From contig NC_043008.1 of assembly GCF_006345805.1 (NCBI RefSeq), positions 79,298,001-79,362,000 of the forward strand: 64,000 bases of DNA, read 5' to 3'. The notes beneath the pieces were generated by a model. That model worked only from the letters and a program-made list of their open reading frames with translations. It was not told the origin of the DNA and did not search any database. Positions 59,426-64,000 of the stretch are shown here, in pieces (the first letter of the stretch is position 1; each line of letters begins with the position of its first letter). This DNA is from Octopus sinensis (taxonomy: Eukaryota). Position numbers and translations under genes: made by a program.

Positions 59426-59879
59426 TCATATATATATATATATATATATATAGAATGAATATTAAAAGATGATGATGATGATGATATATATATATATATA
59501 TATATACATGTGAGTGGATAAATGAAAGAAAAGGGTACTCAACACATTCAGTATGAGTTATGAATGTTATTATTTAAAACAGTTTGGTTTGACTCCATGT
59601 GACTTACAGGCTTCTAACAGAAACCTACCTCATTCAAAATCAGATTACTGAATTATAAAAAATACAGAATGTCACAATGGCTCCTGGAAGTCCAGGTTGA
59701 CTACTGAAAAATGGACTGCTATTGGTCAAGGTAGGTCACATGGAGTTTTTAGAACTGAGATTGGCATTTCAGTAACACCTGATGCATCAGAATGCAGAAT
59801 TTCTCGGATCACATGACTGGAAAGGATGCTGGTGGTGCCAAGGTGTCTAATGGGCCTTTGTAGTGACGACTTGGAAGCT

Positions 59880-60470
59880 AACAGAAGCAAAGCTGGTGAG
59901 AGTGTGCGCGTGTGTATGTATAGCAGGTGTATGAGTGTATGAATGTGGTTGAGTTATTGGTTGTATGAGTGTGTCTGCATGTGTATCTGCATATGAATAT
60001 GCATGCATTAGTGCCTGCTGTAAATGCATGCTTGTGCAAATGTATTTACAATGTATTATGGGTGTGTATGCATAAGTATGTGCATTCTTGCATTTGTGCA
60101 TAAAACTATAAATGCATTTGTGTTTGCCTGGAAGAACATGTATGCAAGTGTTTGTATGTGTGTGTGTGTGTATATATATAGGTTCATGCTTTCGGTATTT
60201 ACATGTACAGATTTTACAGATGTATGCTAGTGTAGTTGCAACAGCATTGCTGAGAGTGGGGATATAGGCTGAGGTTTGGTGGTGTGGAGGGTGAGAGAAG
60301 AGAAATATATGTACATAGATGTGTGTGTGTGTGTGCGTGTTTGTGTGAGCATGTATACTTGTGTGTGTGTGTATACATAGATGTACATGTGTGTGCGTGT
60401 GTTTGCATACACACACCATATTTATGGAGGTGAATGTAGGAGTGTACGGGGTATGCATAAGGTGGGGGGT
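59880..60470. repeat. (TG/TATG)-rich degenerate microsatellite region
   Basis: Direct reading; the HTHT ORFs here are repeat translations. Confidence 0.9.
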
Positions 60471-60499
60471 CAGCCTGTAGTCTGCATAGGCTTTGATAG

Positions 60500-63400
60500 T
60501 TAGGAACCCTGTTCTTAGTTGTGGAGCAGCCAGTGTTGAGGAGCAACTGATGTTAAGGCTGTTGGCAACCAATGTTTTGAAGTTCACCAGGGGGGTGCAC
60601 TTCTGATAGCAGAAGTAAGAAGTTCATATTTCCTGTTAATAGATACTGCAGGTTGGTGGAGAATGTGACCTTGTAAAGGGGCCAACATATGTGGGTGCAT
60701 GCATTTCATGAGGGAATCCAAGATGAAATAACTCAATAAGGTTGATGATCTCAGCTCCATTATAGTTCTCCATAGAAACAGTGGATCGCTTTTTTTCTAT
60801 GATGTCAAACTGTGTGAATCTACAGGATGAATTGTTCTCAATACCACAGAACTAGTTGATCACAGCTGCACTGGAATCCCATTGACTTAACTCTGTGGCC
60901 CTCCTAATATGAGAGTTGATGGTATTAAGAATGTACTTACTGATGATGCCTATCTTACCTCTAGAGGGGTTGATCAGTCAGCATCTGAGTTTGAAGAGAA
61001 AATTAGGCTTGTGATCCTTAAGTGTATTTATGTAGGACTCATGTGGCAAAGCCTCCACTGGTCCTCTATATCAAGGAGGATGACCAGCTCCTTCACTTCT
61101 GTATTTATGTCATTGTATGCAGAGGTGCTAGCTTCGTTGTATGTCTTGGTGAACATGTTTGAGAGAAGCCTTGCATGTGTGGGGATGTTTGTTTCATAAA
61201 CGTTCTATGTTTCATCTGTGAGGATATGTACATTAGGTGATTGCATAATTTTTGCCTTATAGTCCTCTAAAGATTTGAGGAAGGGTTAAGAATGATACCA
61301 AAACCTTACCAACTTTACGACGTTACATTAGTCACTTTCAAAGATCTAATTGGGTTATTTATCTTGGATACTCTCAAGAAACTCATGTATCTACATACAT
61401 CGGCCCTTTTCAGGGATGACAGTCTGAAAATGTCAGCATATGAATAGCTACACTATGGATAAGTTTTGGAAAGACCTGATACAAATATTCAAAGAATTCG
61501 GCCTGTCCATAATAGTTTCCACTAACTTGGATTCAGTCGACTTCCTAAACGTGACCCTAGACCTGAAAGCAAGCAAGTACTATCCTTACAGGAAACTGTA
61601 TAAATCCACAAAAGCTCAAATCACCCCAACTGCTGCTGTAATTAGAGATCTAGTCTCAGGTATTAGCAGAAAAATATCCAAGCTTTCGGCTGATGGGGAG
61701 GTCTCCAACAGAGCTGGCTCTACTACAATGATGCATTGGTGAGGAAGACCAGAAAGTGAAAGATAATCTGGGTCAACCTTCCGTTTAACTTTGAAGTTTC
61801 CACCAACGTAGCTAGGAGCTTCCTGTTGTTAAGAAACATTTCCCCAGAGACTACAAGTATTATTAGAACTTCAACTCACATAACATCAAGATGAGTTACT
61901 CCTGCTTAAATAATATCAATTTAATCATAAATTTTAGATTTACTTGCTCTGTATTGTTATCGCTGAAATTAGTGAACAAAACTTGTATGGTATGAACGAT
62001 AATAATACAGAGCAAGTAAATCTAAAATCTAATCATAAAAGCAAAGGACCAAAAGCTATGTTTTACAACAATATCTATAACAGTAATAATTCTGAATACA
62101 AAAATAAAAAATAAAGAGGGCTAAAGTCAATAAAGCAGATGGAACACAAAGCCATAATAATAAACTTCATAAAAATAAACTAAATGGCATATCCCAGAAT
62201 TAGTTGAATTTGGTTTCTCCATCTCTCTTTTTTGTTATTTAGTGCATATTTATTAAAACCACAATGCCTATTTTCATAGAGTATTTAGATTTTTGGTTGC
62301 CTACTAATTTATGCAAGTTATTCCTATTACAGTAATTATTGTTTGGTTCGTAATATTTTAGCATTTGTTTATAACCAGCTTTTATAAGTGCAAAGTTATA
62401 ATAATCTATATTATTAAACATCTCCTCAAGATGATAGATAGGATATTCTTCTTGAAATATTCGAGACCAAAAAATTTGTGACAGATCTAGGATGGTTACT
62501 TCCAACATTTATATACCTTATACTGGTGTTTGGTTTATGGTAGGGTTTATGCTTCTCAGTGATAATGTTTAGGTTCACACCTAGGGAGTTAACTGAACTA
62601 TGTTCATTCTCAATAGTAACAGATAGTCCAATGTTTTTTAAAGAATTTATGAAATTTCTTTTTATATAATTATAATTTTGTATTAGATAGGTTTCTAAGA
62701 GTAAAAAGTGTGTCATCCCTGTACAACCACCCCAACAAGCTCAGGAAAATCTCTATATAAGTTGGATAAAATATATATACCCACTAAATCAGTGACTTGT
62801 GCTGAATCAGCTGATCCCATTGTTATATCAAAGCTATGATTAGTATCCTTTCTAACCCAATGTTGGTTGTCAAATTTAATTACTGTTTTTCTGGCTGTTA
62901 AGATAATGTTAATTTCATTTAGTGAACAAAAAGGCTTTGTTTAATAATATAGGGTTAATTGAAGAATAACATTTTATCTATATCAATTTGCAAAAACTTG
63001 TTTCTTTTTTTTGTTTTCAATTCTATTAAATCAGTGTATTACTTCCTGTGTGTTTGACCAAAGTTGCAACCTTAATATTTTCTTAAGAATTATTTATCAA
63101 TAATAGCCTAAGGTTAATTTGCCAGGGTAAGTCAGACCTAAGTAAAGTAAACTCACCATTTTCTCCTTGTATTATAATATATTATATATATATATATATA
63201 TATATTTTATTCATATATAGTTAAGTCTATGTCCGTTGATAATGTGATAACTGGTTTCGCATCCACAACTGGTTTAGCCATGGACATCTTGTCAGACTTT
63301 AAAGCTGAAGACAAATGTAACTTCAGCTTTAGAGTCTGATGAGATATCCACAGGGCTAAGCCCTTTGTGGATGTGAAACCATAAAGCTAAATGGCATATC

Positions 63401-64000
63401 CCAGAATTAGTTGAATTTGGTTCCTCAGTCTCTCTTAGTGTTTCTCAAATTGTTTTTTCACTAAACAACAAAAAATTAAGCAGTTTCTGTATCAGTAGAA
63501 ATAAACACAATGACAATATATCAGATAACAACTAAAATATTCCAAATTCTAATGAATGGGAAATTAGATCTCACTGTGCAGAAAGGGAGGTAACCAACGT
63601 ATCTCCCATTTTAAGCATGAAAAACTAACGCTATGGATAAGATTAGTATTGACCACAGATTTATAGAGAAGGATAAAAATACTTGTTGTGATTGTAAATT
63701 TAAAGATAAATGTAAACTTAATTTTTGTAGACAGAAGGATGTCGTGTATAGATGCAGGATAGAGACTGATGGACTAAATTACTATTACATTGGATCCATG
63801 GCAAATTTTATGAAGTGTAAAATTGCCAACCATGAAAACATTTTTAAAAACAAAAGTAAATCGAACTGCACCAGTCTTTGTAAATTTATTTGGGAATTAA
63901 ATAAGGACTTTAACCTCAAGTGGGTAATTATCAGCCATGCCAGGCCCTATAATGTGGAAGACACCCATTGTAATCTTTGTATTGAAGATATCTTCCAAAT
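60500..64000. mobile_element. Array of Penelope-like fragments (second type) in alternating orientation
   Basis: Minus 60500-61200: TLKDHKPNF..LINPS..IGIISK..QFDII. Plus 61320-61930: LFRDD..IFKEFGLSI..FLNVTLDL..IIWVNLPF..MSYSC. Minus 62200-62720: GSNHP. Plus 63100-64000: GIY-YIG. Confidence 0.8.
63633..64000 (+). CDS. GIY-YIG endonuclease region of a Penelope-like element, open to the window end
   Basis: ATG 63633; CDCKFKDKCKLNFCRQKDVVYRC..YYIGS..NHENIF..FIWEL..KWVII..RPY..CNLCIE, no stop before 64000. Confidence 0.75.
   Translation, partial: MDKISIDHRFIEKDKNTCCDCKFKDKCKLNFCRQKDVVYRCRIETDGLNYYYIGSMANFMKCKIANHENIFKNKSKSNCTSLCKFIWELNKDFNLKWVIISHARPYNVEDTHCNLCIEDIFQ

Overview
Eukaryotic, AT-rich, almost entirely repeat-derived DNA with one 100-N assembly gap. 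I found no supportable host protein-coding gene, rRNA, tRNA gene or CRISPR array. The repeat families (tRNA-headed SINEs with an ...ATGACTGAAAC tail, an RTE LINE with a long (GAT)n-tailed 3'UTR, dense (TA)n arrays) resemble those I know from Octopus genomes; the species call is inference, not verified. Elements identified from translated motifs and terminal structure: two Ty3/Gypsy remnants, two RTE LINE families (one near full length at about 40.96-45.4 kb), a CR1-group LINE family in several copies (one with a roughly 800-codon uninterrupted EN-RT frame), a Tx1/L1-like LINE, many R4/Dong-like fragments, Penelope-like elements of two types, Chapaev3-like, Tigger/pogo and mariner DNA transposons, Helitron/Helentron-type non-autonomous elements and SINEs. 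Most interesting observations: a CR1-group ORF1 with a Myb/SANT-like domain plus a CCCH zinc finger, conserved in two diverged copies; a C4HC3 PHD-type finger downstream of RT in the RTE; a near-perfect 212-bp-arm palindrome at 39.2-39.7 kb; a Chapaev3 insertion whose empty target site survives in the inverted arm of the host Penelope; a net -8 nt frameshift at the same position in two LINE copies; and an array of conserved-stem, variable-loop hairpins in the RTE 3'UTR. All coordinates and identities were read by eye and are approximate unless termini are quoted.
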